Shown here: positions 29,603 through 40,117 of the stretch, one piece after another
Numbering within the stretch: position 1 is the stretch's first letter
How the letters are laid out: each line of letters opens with the position of its first letter
NCBI GenBank assembly: GCA_050949565.1
Contig: JBMNFY010000007.1
Location: 190,973-254,972 of the forward strand
DNA from: Kiritimatiellia bacterium
GTDB lineage: Bacteria; Verrucomicrobiota; Kiritimatiellia; RFP12; UBA1067
Reading direction: 5' to 3'
DNA length: 64,000 nt
Notes under the pieces: model-generated
Databases searched by the model: none
Told to the model about the DNA's origin: nothing
Seen by the model: the letters and a program-made list of their open reading frames with translations, nothing else
Translations under genes and position numbers: made by a program

Positions 29603-30909
29603 AGCACCTCCTCCTCGTCAAGGCTTTCAAGCAGGTCATCATGCACTGCGTTTTCAAGCGCCTCGTCATCCTCTTTCGGGCGTTCCAGCACTTCGAGCTG
29701 GACGGCATCAATGCGCCGCTTGCGCACGCGCCGGACCGTCACACGGCACCCCTGCGCGAGCACTGACTGTCCCGCCTGCAGCAGACGACCGGCGTGGAAC
29801 GTCACCCAACCTGCGATCCGGTCCGCATCATCGGCCTCGAGATCCAGATCCAGTTCGTGGTTCAGTTCCTCCAGACTCACGGTGCCGTCCACCAGCCACA
29901 CATCCGGCGCGACCTGCCGAATCGACGCGTCCTCCTCCTCTGCGGTCGACGCCACAGGGTCTGCGATCAACTCCAGAATATCGCCGCGCGTGATCAGGCC
30001 CGCCGTACCGCCGTATTCATCCAGCACACACGCAATATGCTCACCGCTCCGCTGGAAGGTCACGAGCAGATCATCGAGTGAAACATTCTCCGGCACGAAC
30101 AGCGCTTTACGCGTGGCTTTCTTGGCGTCATGCGCGGGATCAAGCAAAAACCGAACTGTATCAAGAAATCCCTCAATCGCATCTGGGGTGCGCACATAAA
30201 CCGGCAGGAAACGATGCCCCGCCTCGCGCGCGATTGCCACCTGCTTTTCAACCGGCGTGTCCAGATCAATGCCGACCATATCCACGCGCGGCGTCATTTC
30301 GTCGCTGGCCATGAGTTCCGACAGGCGGAGAATGCCATCAACCATCGACGCCTCCTCCTCGTCGAGCACGCCCTGCTCTTCTCCAACCTCGACGACCGTG
30401 AGCAACTCGTCATTGGAGAGCGCACGCCGTTCGCGCCGCAACGCTCTTTTGAAGATGCGGGAGCCGGCGGTCAGCGCGACATTGAAGGGACGCAACAACC
30501 AGAGCCAAAACAACAGCAGCTTACTGCAAATCGGTGCGAGTCGTTCCGCATGGATGACGGCAATGCGTTTCGGCGTCACTTCGCCAAACATAAGCAGGCT
30601 CACGGTCATGAGCGGGATAGCGATCACCTCACCCCAACGCGGAATCAGGCTTTCGATCAGCACGTAACCGACACTGGCAAAGGCAAAGTTCACCAAGGTA
30701 TTGCCGACCAACAATGTAGAGAGAATCAGCGCCGGATCGGCCAGTAATTTTTCCAGCCGACGCCCCGCCGCAGAGTTACGGTTGCGGATGCGCTGAACCT
30801 GAATCGGCGACAAGGAGAAGAGCACGGTCTCACAGCCCGAAAAAAAGGACGAGAGACAGAGCAGCAACACAAGAATGGCACCGGCGCCCAACGTGAAAGT
30901 AGGATTCAT
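29599..30909 (-). CDS. Hemolysin/CorC-family CNNM-CBS-CorC_HlyC protein
   Basis: SFFSGCETVLFS, LLVGNTLVN, FGEVTPK, MTPRVD, LDEYGGTAGLIT, WLVDG. Confidence 0.9.
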   Translation of the reverse strand: MNPTFTLGAGAILVLLLCLSSFFSGCETVLFSLSPIQVQRIRNRNSAAGRRLEKLLADPALILSTLLVGNTLVNFAFASVGYVLIESLIPRWGEVIAIPLMTVSLLMFGEVTPKRIAVIHAERLAPICSKLLLFWLWLLRPFNVALTAGSRIFKRALRRERRALSNDELLTVVEVGEEQGVLDEEEASMVDGILRLSELMASDEMTPRVDMVGIDLDTPVEKQVAIAREAGHRFLPVYVRTPDAIEGFLDTVRFLLDPAHDAKKATRKALFVPENVSLDDLLVTFQRSGEHIACVLDEYGGTAGLITRGDILELIADPVASTAEEEDASIRQVAPDVWLVDGTVSLEELNHELDLDLEADDADRIAGWVTFHAGRLLQAGQSVLAQGCRVTVRRVRKRRIDAVQLEVLERPKEDDEALENAVHDDLLESLDEEEVL

Positions 30910-31676
30910 GGTGTAGAAACGTCATCCACAAACAGTTTGGTGCGATGCCCGCTATTAAGGGTCTCAATCTCCATATCGCGAATCATCCAGCGGTCATCCA
31001 TTTTTTTGACGCGCTGAACCCACATCCTCCGCACGGCATCGCCTTGCGGACCTAGCTGTTCCACCTGCATCAGACAGCGCAACTGGCGATCCACCCAGAT
31101 ACGCACGGCTGAACATCCCGGAATCGGGCTCGGCGGCACCGCAACCAAAATATCGCAGTCGCGTCCGTTATGGCTTTCGCCGCGCGGCTGATCATCAAAA
31201 CGCACATCCTTCCACCAGAGAAAATCCAGCGTCAGGTCCATCCAGGTCATGTCGGTACCCCGGATACGCCCGGCATACGAAGGCTCGGGCACAGGCTTCT
31301 GCTCCGGGCCTTCGAACAGTTGGATCTGCGCCGGCTTCCCCTCTGGTCGCGTCAGCATAGCGCGCTCGACGAGCCCCGTGCCCTTCTGATCCAGCAACAA
31401 CACCTCGGCTGACGGCGGTTGTGCCCCCCACGCCATCAGAAGCTTAAACGGCTGTTGCATCAGCACAATGCCGCGTAGTTTGCGAACGGTCATCGTCCCC
31501 TGCAGCAAAAGCGGCTCGGTCGGTATCAGCCGCGTACAGGCATTTAAAGTTTCTGCTGCCGTCAGGTTTTCCTCGACGACAGCCTCTTCAGAGCCAGGGC
31601 GATCACCGGTCGCCGAAAACGCGGCCAGCATGGGCAACATCGCACAGACCACAACGAGATTCAACGAAGTTTTCAA
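30906..31676 (-). CDS. Outer-membrane lipoprotein-sorting (LolA-like) protein; TTG start
   Basis: IRGTDMTWMDL, VRIWVD, VKKMDDRW motifs; GAGG RBS before TTG 31676. The ATG at 31724 overlaps a predicted -10 box. Confidence 0.65.
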   Translation of the reverse strand: MKTSLNLVVVCAMLPMLAAFSATGDRPGSEEAVVEENLTAAETLNACTRLIPTEPLLLQGTMTVRKLRGIVLMQQPFKLLMAWGAQPPSAEVLLLDQKGTGLVERAMLTRPEGKPAQIQLFEGPEQKPVPEPSYAGRIRGTDMTWMDLTLDFLWWKDVRFDDQPRGESHNGRDCDILVAVPPSPIPGCSAVRIWVDRQLRCLMQVEQLGPQGDAVRRMWVQRVKKMDDRWMIRDMEIETLNSGHRTKLFVDDVSTP

Positions 31677-31723
31677 ACTTACCTCAACGCGTCCACGTCC
31701 ATCGTGTCGCTCTTTTGAACCCA

Positions 31724-31752
31724 TTTATACCACAAAGCACACAGGGTCGCAA
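31724..31752 (-). promoter_or_regulatory. Putative sigma70 promoter
   Basis: TTGCGA-N17-TATAAA with extended TG on the minus strand. Confidence 0.5.
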
Positions 31753-31784
31753 GACGTACGACCGCGTAAACGCGGATCGTACAA

Positions 31785-31822
31785 ATTTAGGATTTAGGAT
31801 TTAGGAGTTAGGAGTTCGAGTT
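31785..31822. repeat. Heptamer tandem repeat (AKTTAGG)n
   Basis: atttagg x3, agttagg, agttcga; reverse complement of the family at 332-360; also at 49598-49627. Confidence 0.75.
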
Positions 31823-31857
31823 AAAAAACTTTTAACGCTCAAGTTATAGGCAAGGAG

Positions 31858-33237
31858 TTAGGATTGCGGTTCAGGCTCGTGTGTGAACAGATCGAAGACC
31901 AGATCCTTCTGGCGCTGCCGTCGCCCCTGCTCGTAACCGCGCGTTCCGCCGTCGTCCGTGAAATCTTCGCCGACCGAATAGATGATACGCCGTTCGGTGG
32001 AGTAGCGAAAGGGCTGTCCGTCGAACGGATCGCGCGGCACGGCGGGCAGGTAGTCCGGCACCAGCGCCTGCAACGTCTCGGGCAGATGCCCGGTCGCTTC
32101 CTCATACGCCCGGCACGCCAACAGCAGCTGTGTAGCAGAAAGCTTGCACGCATCCCCACACGCCCGCCGTACCTTGTCAGCCAGCATTTTTCTTTGATAC
32201 CGCCAGATGCGCAGCCCCAAAACGTTGGCTGACGGCCATCGTAAGCGGTGCGTCTGACCGCGCTTGGCCGACGGGCCGTCGTTTTGGTTCGTATTGCCGG
32301 AAAGAACTCCGGTCGTATCGCTGCCTCCAAGAGGATGGTCAGCATAAGCCGTTCCTGCATGTGCCATCAACAATCGGTAGTCTCCGGCTATCAGATGCCG
32401 GGTGCGGTTGTACTGCATGAAATAGCTCGGTAAATAGACGAATTGAACCCTAAGTCTCACGACCGTGCGTTTAAATTTGCTTACGCCCAAACGGTCTGCG
32501 TAGATCTGATAGGCCCTGCCGCTCCGCGTTGGTTCCAGCAATTCCATTTGAACCGCATAATCACCCCGCGCTGATTTGGCCAGTTCTTGATTTGCGAAGC
32601 GCAGTTCTGCGAGTGCGGCGAGCAGGCGCGCTCTTTCCGTCAGGCCGCACCGCTTGTCGCGCGCCAGAGCCGTCGCTTGGGTCAACCCCATGTTGACGAC
32701 ACCATTGGCAAGCGGATAGTCGATCATGTTCTCCGAGGCCTGCTGAAGCCGACTCCCATACCGTATCAACAACAGTGTGGCGTCAGTCGCCTCGCTCATC
32801 CGCCCCTGTATTCGTTCGAAACGGGCCTGCGTCGCAAGCAGATGATACCCGATTTCAAAAAAACGACATGTCCACATCGGGTCAGGGTCACTTGCTATAT
32901 CCGGCTTCTGGCAGAAGGGACGCTCAACACCAAGCTTGACCCAAGCGATGGCGGCTTGGTTGGTCGCAATGAAGGCGGACACCAGAGCATCATCGTTCGT
33001 TTGTCCACGAAGATATTTGGACGGGACGAAGCCCTGAGGCTCGTACAGCATATTGGAGGCCGCATTCAGAAAGCAGATATAAGCATTTTCTTCTGGCGGC
33101 ACCTCGGTCCGAACGACGGCCAAATCGGAGACATCAGGCGGGGCGATGTCCCAGATCGGCACGTAAATCAACGCCGCTAAAAAAAGGATGACGATGAGGA
33201 ACGCCGCACCGATTTTCTTCACAAGTTGCCGCTTCAT
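31858..33237 (-). CDS. Membrane-anchored hypothetical protein with a pseudopilin-like C-terminal motif
   Basis: N-terminal TM; C-terminal LPETLQALVPDYL..VPRDPFDGQPFRY...YSVGEDFTDDGG. Confidence 0.7.
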   Translation of the reverse strand: MKRQLVKKIGAAFLIVILFLAALIYVPIWDIAPPDVSDLAVVRTEVPPEENAYICFLNAASNMLYEPQGFVPSKYLRGQTNDDALVSAFIATNQAAIAWVKLGVERPFCQKPDIASDPDPMWTCRFFEIGYHLLATQARFERIQGRMSEATDATLLLIRYGSRLQQASENMIDYPLANGVVNMGLTQATALARDKRCGLTERARLLAALAELRFANQELAKSARGDYAVQMELLEPTRSGRAYQIYADRLGVSKFKRTVVRLRVQFVYLPSYFMQYNRTRHLIAGDYRLLMAHAGTAYADHPLGGSDTTGVLSGNTNQNDGPSAKRGQTHRLRWPSANVLGLRIWRYQRKMLADKVRRACGDACKLSATQLLLACRAYEEATGHLPETLQALVPDYLPAVPRDPFDGQPFRYSTERRIIYSVGEDFTDDGGTRGYEQGRRQRQKDLVFDLFTHEPEPQS

Positions 33238-33292
33238 GGTTGGTCTCGAAGATAGCACTGACACGGCGTAAGGAGCAGGCGCTCTGCGTCAA

Positions 33293-34240
33293 TTAAGGGA
33301 CAATCCAAGTGCCTGTCTTACCCTCCAGGGCGTCAGTGATATGCTCAGGGTTGGTGATCAATGCTTTCTTGCCGCCATTTTCAATGAATTGGATACATGC
33401 CTGAATCTTTGGCAACATGCTTCCAGCCGCAAAATGCCCCTCTGAAACGTACTGCTTGGCTTCTGCGACGGTCATTTGATCCAACCACTTTTGCTCCGGC
33501 GTGTTGAAATCAAGAGCCACCTTTTCGACTGCGGTGCTGATCAAAAACAAATCCGCGCCAATCAATTTAGCCAGCAATGACGAACCGAAATCCTTGTCGA
33601 TCACAGCTTCGATGCCTGCCAGCGTGCCATCTTCACGCTCAATCACAGGGATACCGCCGCCACCCACACCGATCACCGTAAAGCCGGCATTGATCAGGTC
33701 ATGGATTGCTCCTGCTTCGACAATCGAAATCGGACGCGGCGAGGGCACAACCCTGCGCCACCCGCGGCCAGCGTCTTCCACAACGGTCCAGCCGTCCTTA
33801 GCCCGGCGAGTTTTTGCTTCATGCTCTCCCATGAAACTGCCGATAGGCTTGGAAGGATGCCCAAATGCCGGGTCATGCTCGTCAACAACCGTCTGTGTGA
33901 CGACCGTTATCGCGTCTTTATCGATCCCACGGCGTTTGAATTCGTTGTGCAAAGCCTTTTGGAGCATATAACCGATGTTGCCCTGGGTATTCGCACCACA
34001 ATAGTCCAGCGGGACCTCATGCAGGGCTGTCCTTGCCAGTTCAGAGCGGCGCAAATTAAAGCCGACCTGAGGGCCATTACCATGGGTGACAACCACATCC
34101 CAGCCGTTTTCAATCATATCCACGATATGCGTGATCGTGTCTTTTGCACAATCATACTGATCCTGAATGGTCTGGCGGGATTTATGCTTGATTAATGCGT
34201 TGCCGCCAACCGCAACAACGGCGATTCCTTGTCTTGTCAT
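33293..34240 (-). CDS. arcC: Carbamate kinase
   Basis: VAVGGNAL, THGNGPQVG, PSKPIG, GRGWRRVVPSP, GGGGIPV, EAVIDKD, GSMLPK. Confidence 0.95.
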   Translation of the reverse strand: MTRQGIAVVAVGGNALIKHKSRQTIQDQYDCAKDTITHIVDMIENGWDVVVTHGNGPQVGFNLRRSELARTALHEVPLDYCGANTQGNIGYMLQKALHNEFKRRGIDKDAITVVTQTVVDEHDPAFGHPSKPIGSFMGEHEAKTRRAKDGWTVVEDAGRGWRRVVPSPRPISIVEAGAIHDLINAGFTVIGVGGGGIPVIEREDGTLAGIEAVIDKDFGSSLLAKLIGADLFLISTAVEKVALDFNTPEQKWLDQMTVAEAKQYVSEGHFAAGSMLPKIQACIQFIENGGKKALITNPEHITDALEGKTGTWIVP

Positions 34241-34415
34241 ATGGGTGCGTATGGTAAATAAAGCGGGGTGAATGCGTCAAGATAAGGTTGACGCAGATAA
34301 GGTTGCCGCGGTGCTTAAAAAGCAATCGGTTGGTGACAGGGATGTGCGACAACCGTAAAAATCTCTGCGCCTCCGCGTCTCTGCGTTATCAAGAAGAGTT
34401 TTGCAAGCCGTCACG

Positions 34416-36587
34416 TTATCTGACTAAAATCACACAACCGCGTGTGGCGTAGAACGTCAGAGACTTGCCGTCCGCCGACCGGACAAGGCGGCGGTGGTAA
34501 CGTGACGCAATGTCTTCGAGAACAGGCATCCCCTCGATGCCGCCTACGGCGGTGAGAAATGTCATGCCGCTACGGCCCTTTTCTCCCCAGAGAATGTCGT
34601 TGATTTTGAGCGTGGCACCGTTTGCGAAGATGAGCTTTCCTGAGGAGACCGACGTGCCGCCAGCAGCGAGTTCCGCTCCGTCTACGACCCAGTCCCCGGT
34701 CACAGTAAGATCGCCGTTGGAGATATCCGGGAGGCCTATGAGGTGTTCGAGCGTGTACGGCATGTCGTCAAAATCGACGCCCGTTCCTGGCGCGAACCTC
34801 ATCGTCGTGAACTTCGCGAGTTGGAGCGAGGTCGTAAAGAGTGTGCCGTCGCCCGGATCCTTCAACACCGCGTAATAGTCGGAATTGGTCACCATCCCCC
34901 GTGCCTGAATGTCCACCGCGAGGCCTTTTGTCGTGCAGCTCGTGCCGGCTGAATCCTTGAACTTGTGGTTCGCGTGTGACGCGCCGGACCCGCCTATCCC
35001 GTTGTAGGCGCGCACGGCGAACGCGTGCGGTCCGGGCGTGAGTGTGAGGTTCGTGGTGACGATGGTCGTCCATCCCGCCTGCGAGATCACTCGTTCGCCA
35101 TCGAGGAAAACGTCGCACGCATCGTCGATGCACACATGCCACGTCCACGTGACGTCCGTCGCGTTCGTGTTCCAAATGTAACCCGCGTACGTGACGAGTT
35201 CGTTTTGGTTCCAGTTGTTCCTCTCCATGCGCGGCATGTTTTTCGTCACCGCGTTCGTAAGCATCAGATAAGGCGTGTCGGTGTACGCCGCTTTCACGAG
35301 AGGCGTATTGGTTTCGCCATCGCCGTAAGACTTCGTACCCTCATTCAGGCCCGCGAGCGACGATCTGTTGAAACGCACCGTGCCACCTCTCACGTCGAGG
35401 AGCCCGGCCCCCATAAGGGAATCATAGACGAGCTCACCCGTTCCGGACTTGACCACTTCAGCCTTCCACGTGCCGGAACATTTCCCCACGTAACCCGTAC
35501 CGTTGAATTCGACCGACGGCAGGTTACAGGATGCGACGCCGTTGAAAATTACCGCAGAGTTGGTAAGAAAGAGCCGCCCGCCGTCCCACGGCACTGCGCC
35601 GTCGGCGTCGATGCGAAGACTGCCCGCGTTCATCGCGATGCCCCCTTTGAAGTCGTTGTCCGGACAGCCGAGGCGCAGCTCCTGATAGTTGCCCATCATG
35701 TTGAATCCGCCGTCGCCGGTCACTTTCTTGGGAAAACGGACAGTGGCGAACGTCGCCGCGTTGTTGCCGCCCTTGAAGTTCGTCATTTTCCGGAGGATCA
35801 CCGGGCCGTTCCACAGATTGTCCTGTTTGTCGACGGAAAGCTGGAAGTAGCCGTCCGCCACGTCCAACGTCCAGAACACCTTGGACAGGACCGACCAGCA
35901 GAACTGGAACTGGGCGTTGTTCGTCAACGTGAAGATGTTCGAGGCGTCGCCCGGGAAGCTGCACTGCGTGGGGAACGTCACACTGCCGCCGCTCGCGATC
36001 ACGTTACCGTTTGTGGTGACAGAATCTTCGAAGAAGAAACTGCCCCCTTTGAGCGTGAGCGTGTACCCGCCGAGATCGGTGGTGCCAAGCAGATCGTGGC
36101 GTACTGTGTCCGTGATGAGCGCATTCCCGGTCAACGTGAGCTTTTTACCGAGGGGGCTCACGATGGAGTTCTGTAACGCCGTCGACAGGCAACGAATCGC
36201 GCCGTTCCCGTCCGGCCCCGTACCCTCGATGATGAACTGCTCATTGCCGAAGCTGAGCGTTTGCGCCGCATTGGTATACGTCTGCAATTGTGCGCCATCG
36301 TAGACCTTTGTGTAGCCGGTCGCGAGGCCGAAGGCGTTTGTGGCCGATGCGTAAACGACACCCTCCCTGATGTGGATGTTGCCTTCGTATTCCGGAAGCT
36401 CACCGATATCCAGCTTGCCAGCGCCAAGCTTCACGAGATCGTCCGTGAGGCCGAGCGTCTTCGCTTCGTCGGCGAGCGCCTGTGCGAGCGTCTTCTCACC
36501 GCTCGCCACGGTGACTTCCACTTCACCCGCCTGCGCGACGAGCACCGCAGCAACAATCGATCCAACCGACAAAAGCAACTTGTTCAT
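34416..36587 (-). CDS. Exported protein with autotransporter-passenger-like beta-strand repeats and a PA14-like domain
   Basis: Signal peptide MNKLLLSVG; LVKLGAGKL, NDFKGGIAMNAGSL, VVKSGTGEL repeats; YAGYIWN..IDD..FLDG..LTPGPH; no C-terminal barrel. Confidence 0.75.
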   Translation of the reverse strand: MNKLLLSVGSIVAAVLVAQAGEVEVTVASGEKTLAQALADEAKTLGLTDDLVKLGAGKLDIGELPEYEGNIHIREGVVYASATNAFGLATGYTKVYDGAQLQTYTNAAQTLSFGNEQFIIEGTGPDGNGAIRCLSTALQNSIVSPLGKKLTLTGNALITDTVRHDLLGTTDLGGYTLTLKGGSFFFEDSVTTNGNVIASGGSVTFPTQCSFPGDASNIFTLTNNAQFQFCWSVLSKVFWTLDVADGYFQLSVDKQDNLWNGPVILRKMTNFKGGNNAATFATVRFPKKVTGDGGFNMMGNYQELRLGCPDNDFKGGIAMNAGSLRIDADGAVPWDGGRLFLTNSAVIFNGVASCNLPSVEFNGTGYVGKCSGTWKAEVVKSGTGELVYDSLMGAGLLDVRGGTVRFNRSSLAGLNEGTKSYGDGETNTPLVKAAYTDTPYLMLTNAVTKNMPRMERNNWNQNELVTYAGYIWNTNATDVTWTWHVCIDDACDVFLDGERVISQAGWTTIVTTNLTLTPGPHAFAVRAYNGIGGSGASHANHKFKDSAGTSCTTKGLAVDIQARGMVTNSDYYAVLKDPGDGTLFTTSLQLAKFTTMRFAPGTGVDFDDMPYTLEHLIGLPDISNGDLTVTGDWVVDGAELAAGGTSVSSGKLIFANGATLKINDILWGEKGRSGMTFLTAVGGIEGMPVLEDIASRYHRRLVRSADGKSLTFYATRGCVILVR

Positions 36588-36894
36588 ACGGTAGAGCCTC
36601 CAGCCTGTTCCACACCGTCTTCTGCACAGCACCATGCCGCACCCAAATGAATGGAATATTCGTGCAAATTCCGGAGCGTTTGTCACTACGCTAGACGAAT
36701 TTCGAATTTTCGATTTTCGTCCTCAAACTACCTATCACTTAGTCGTCCTAAGGCGCTGACCTGCGAATTACGGCTTTTTCTTGACGGGGATACGTAAACC
36801 TGCCATTTTATCAGCCCGACTGCATGCATAAGCATCATGAGCGGTTTGGCTCGTTTGGTGATGGCGTATGCTAAAGAAAGGCCAGGCTCCATTT

Positions 36895-39800
36895 ATGCGG
36901 CGTGACGACATCGAAAAGATCCTGATCATTGGTTCCGGCCCGATCGTAATCGGGCAGGCGTGCGAATTCGACTATTCGGGCACGCAGGCCTGTAAGGCAC
37001 TGCGTGAGTGCGGTTATAAGATCGTTCTGGCAAACTCCAACCCCGCCACCATCATGACCGATCCGGTCATGGCTGACGCCACCTATATCGTGCCGCTGAA
37101 CGCCGAACGCCTGGAGCAGATCATCGCTCAAGAGCGCCCCGATGCGTTGCTGCCCAACCTCGGCGGCCAGACCGGACTGAACCTCTCAATCGAGCTTGCA
37201 AAAAAGGGCATCCTCGAAAAATACGGGGTGAAAGTCATCGGCGTGAATCTCGATGCGATCGAGCGCGGCGAGGACCGTCAGATTTTCAAGGACACGATGG
37301 CCAAACTCGGCATTGAAACGCCCCGCAGCGAGATCATCTATACGGTGGAGGACGCCGAAAACGTCGCCGCCAAACTCGGTTATCCCGTGGTCGTGCGCCC
37401 CGCGTACACCATGGGCGGTACCGGCGGCGGGCTCGTCTACAATATCGAAGAGCTGCGCATGATCGTCAACTGCGGCCTGGAGGCCTCTCTGACCCACCAG
37501 TGCCTGATCGAAGAATCGGTGCTGGGTTGGGAAGAGCTTGAGGTCGAGGTCGTGCGCGATGCCGACAACAAGATGGTGGCGGTCTGCTTCATTGAGAACG
37601 TCGATCCCATGGGCGTGCACACCGGCGACTCGTTTTGCGTCGCGCCCATGTTGACCATTGACAAGGCTGTGCAAGACCGCCTCAAGGATTATGCCTTCAG
37701 GATCGTCGAGTCTATCGGCGTAATCGGCGGCACCAATGTGCAGCTCGCCCACGATCCGAAAACCGGTCGCATCGTGATCATTGAGATCAACCCGCGCACT
37801 TCGCGCTCGTCCGCGCTGGCTTCCAAAGCGACAGGGTTCCCGATCGCACTGATTTCCGCCAAACTGGCCGTCGGTTACACGTTGCGCGACATCCCCTACT
37901 GGCGCGACGGCACACTGGACAAATACGCCCCGTGCGGCGATCACGTCGTGGTCAAATTCGCGCGTTGGGCGTTCGAGAAATTCCGTGGGGTCGAGGACAA
38001 ACTGGGCACCCAGATGAAGGCCGTCGGCGAGGTGATGGCGATCGGCAAGACCTACAAAGAGGCTTTCCAGAAGGCCATCCGCGCCCTCGAGAACGGCAGG
38101 CACGGATTGGGCTTCGCCAAAGACTTTAACCGCAAAAGCCTCACTGAACTGTTGGACATGTTGCGGATTCCCAACAGCGAGCGCCACTTCATCATGTATG
38201 AGGCGCTGCGCAAAGGTGCCACTGACGAACAGATATCCGCCATGACCGGCGTGAAGTCTTGGTTTGTCGGGCAGATGCGCGAACTTGTGGAACTCGAAGA
38301 AAAAATCCTGCACCACAAAGGCTCGGTGCCGCCCGATGACCTGCTGATCCAGGCCAAGAAAGACGGCTTCTCCGACAAATACCTGGCAAAAATTCTCGGC
38401 ATTAAAGAGAAGAGCATCCGCCAGCGGCGCACCGATCTGGATGTCCGCGAGACGTGGCACCCGGTGCCGGTCAGCGGTGTGGAAAATGCCAACTATTACT
38501 ACTCTTCCTATAACGGCGAAACCAACGAATGTGCCGTAAGCGACAACGCCAAGAAGGTCATGATTCTAGGCGGCGGCCCCAACCGCATCGGCCAAGGCAT
38601 TGAGTTCGACTACTGCTGTGTCCACGCCGCCTTCGCGATGTGCGACGCCGGCTACGAGACGATCATGGTCAACTGCAACCCCGAGACGGTCTCAACCGAC
38701 TACGATACCTCCGACAAGCTCTATTTCGAGCCGGTCACACTCGAAGACGTCTTGCAGATTTACGAGGCGGAGAAGCCCGAAGGCGTCATCGTGCAGTTCG
38801 GCGGACAGACGCCGCTCAACATCGCCCGCGAGCTTTCCGAAGCCGGCGTAAAGATTCTCGGCACATCCATTGACTCGATCGACATCGCCGAAGACCGCGA
38901 CCTCTTCCGCCACATGATGGAAAGGCTGGAAATACCCATGCCCGAATCTGGCATGGCCGCTACTTTTGATGAGGCTGTCGCTGTTGCCGACCGGATCGGC
39001 TATCCGCTCATGATCCGCCCGTCTTTCGTGCTGGGCGGACGCGGCATGGAGGTCATCTACGACGAGCCGATGCTGCGCGAGTATGTTGACAAGGCCGTGG
39101 ATGTAACGCCCGACCGCCCGCTGCTGCTCGACCGATTCCTGCAAGAAGCGCTCGAGTGCGAGGCGGACGCCTTGTCTGACGGTGAGAACGTCTACATTCC
39201 GGCTGTGATGGAGCACGTCGAGCTGGCCGGCGTCCACTCCGGCGACTCTGCCTGCGTCATCCCGCCGGTGTCCATCCCGGAGAAGCATCTGAAAACCATC
39301 GAGGATTACACACGCCTCATCGCGCAGGAGCTGCATGTGGTCGGGCTCATGAACATGCAGTACGCGATCGCGAACGACACGGTCTATGTGCTCGAAGCCA
39401 ACCCGCGCGCATCACGCACGGTCCCGCTGGTCTCAAAAGTCTGCAATACCCAAATGGCCAGTATTGCCACGCGCCTGATGCTCGGCGCGAAAATAAGCGA
39501 TCTGGGGTTGAAGCCCAAAGTCATCCCGCATTACGGCGCCAAAGAAGCGGTCTTCCCGTTCGACAAGTTCCCGGAGGTCGATCCGGTGCTGGGGCCTGAA
39601 ATGCGCTCGACCGGCGAGGTTCTTGGTCTGGCCTCGACCTTCGGGCTGGCTTACTACAAATCACAAGAGGCCGCTAATGCCAAACTGCCGACCGAGGAAG
39701 GCACGGTGCTCATCAGCCTTTCGGAAAAAGACCCTGCCGCCGCCAAAGCGGCTAAGGAGTTCATAAAACTGGGATTCAATTTGATCGGCACCGAGGGCAC

Positions 39801-40101
39801 TATCCGTTGGCTGGCAGAACACGGCATCGCGGGCGAAATGATCCACAAGATCAATGAGGGACGCCCCAACGTGCTTGACGCCATCGTCAACCGTCAGGTC
39901 TGCCTCGTGATCAACACGCCCTCAGGCCGCCGTGACGCGCGCGCTGACGATGCATCGATCCGTAAGGCAGCGCTGAAGTACAAGGTGCCGTATTTGACGA
40001 CCGTCGCCGCTGCCGTAGCCAGCGCCCAAGGTATCCGTGTCGCGCGCGATGGTGCCGGCGGCGTGAAATCTATACAAGCCTATCATGCCGATATCCGGTA
40101 G
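36895..40101 (+). CDS. carB: Carbamoyl-phosphate synthase large subunit
   Basis: IGSGPIVIGQACEFDYSG, GVHTGDS, EINPRTSRSSALASKATG, GGGPNRIGQGIEFDY, EANPRASRTVP, and an MGS domain. Confidence 0.97.
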   Translation: MRRDDIEKILIIGSGPIVIGQACEFDYSGTQACKALRECGYKIVLANSNPATIMTDPVMADATYIVPLNAERLEQIIAQERPDALLPNLGGQTGLNLSIELAKKGILEKYGVKVIGVNLDAIERGEDRQIFKDTMAKLGIETPRSEIIYTVEDAENVAAKLGYPVVVRPAYTMGGTGGGLVYNIEELRMIVNCGLEASLTHQCLIEESVLGWEELEVEVVRDADNKMVAVCFIENVDPMGVHTGDSFCVAPMLTIDKAVQDRLKDYAFRIVESIGVIGGTNVQLAHDPKTGRIVIIEINPRTSRSSALASKATGFPIALISAKLAVGYTLRDIPYWRDGTLDKYAPCGDHVVVKFARWAFEKFRGVEDKLGTQMKAVGEVMAIGKTYKEAFQKAIRALENGRHGLGFAKDFNRKSLTELLDMLRIPNSERHFIMYEALRKGATDEQISAMTGVKSWFVGQMRELVELEEKILHHKGSVPPDDLLIQAKKDGFSDKYLAKILGIKEKSIRQRRTDLDVRETWHPVPVSGVENANYYYSSYNGETNECAVSDNAKKVMILGGGPNRIGQGIEFDYCCVHAAFAMCDAGYETIMVNCNPETVSTDYDTSDKLYFEPVTLEDVLQIYEAEKPEGVIVQFGGQTPLNIARELSEAGVKILGTSIDSIDIAEDRDLFRHMMERLEIPMPESGMAATFDEAVAVADRIGYPLMIRPSFVLGGRGMEVIYDEPMLREYVDKAVDVTPDRPLLLDRFLQEALECEADALSDGENVYIPAVMEHVELAGVHSGDSACVIPPVSIPEKHLKTIEDYTRLIAQELHVVGLMNMQYAIANDTVYVLEANPRASRTVPLVSKVCNTQMASIATRLMLGAKISDLGLKPKVIPHYGAKEAVFPFDKFPEVDPVLGPEMRSTGEVLGLASTFGLAYYKSQEAANAKLPTEEGTVLISLSEKDPAAAKAAKEFIKLGFNLIGTEGTIRWLAEHGIAGEMIHKINEGRPNVLDAIVNRQVCLVINTPSGRRDARADDASIRKAALKYKVPYLTTVAAAVASAQGIRVARDGAGGVKSIQAYHADIR

Positions 40102-40117
40102 GTGGAAAAAGGAGACA

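Noticed and set aside
36780-36894. PyrR-type attenuator or riboswitch before carB
   Set aside because: A hairpin is possible, but there is no U-tract or recognisable PyrR consensus.
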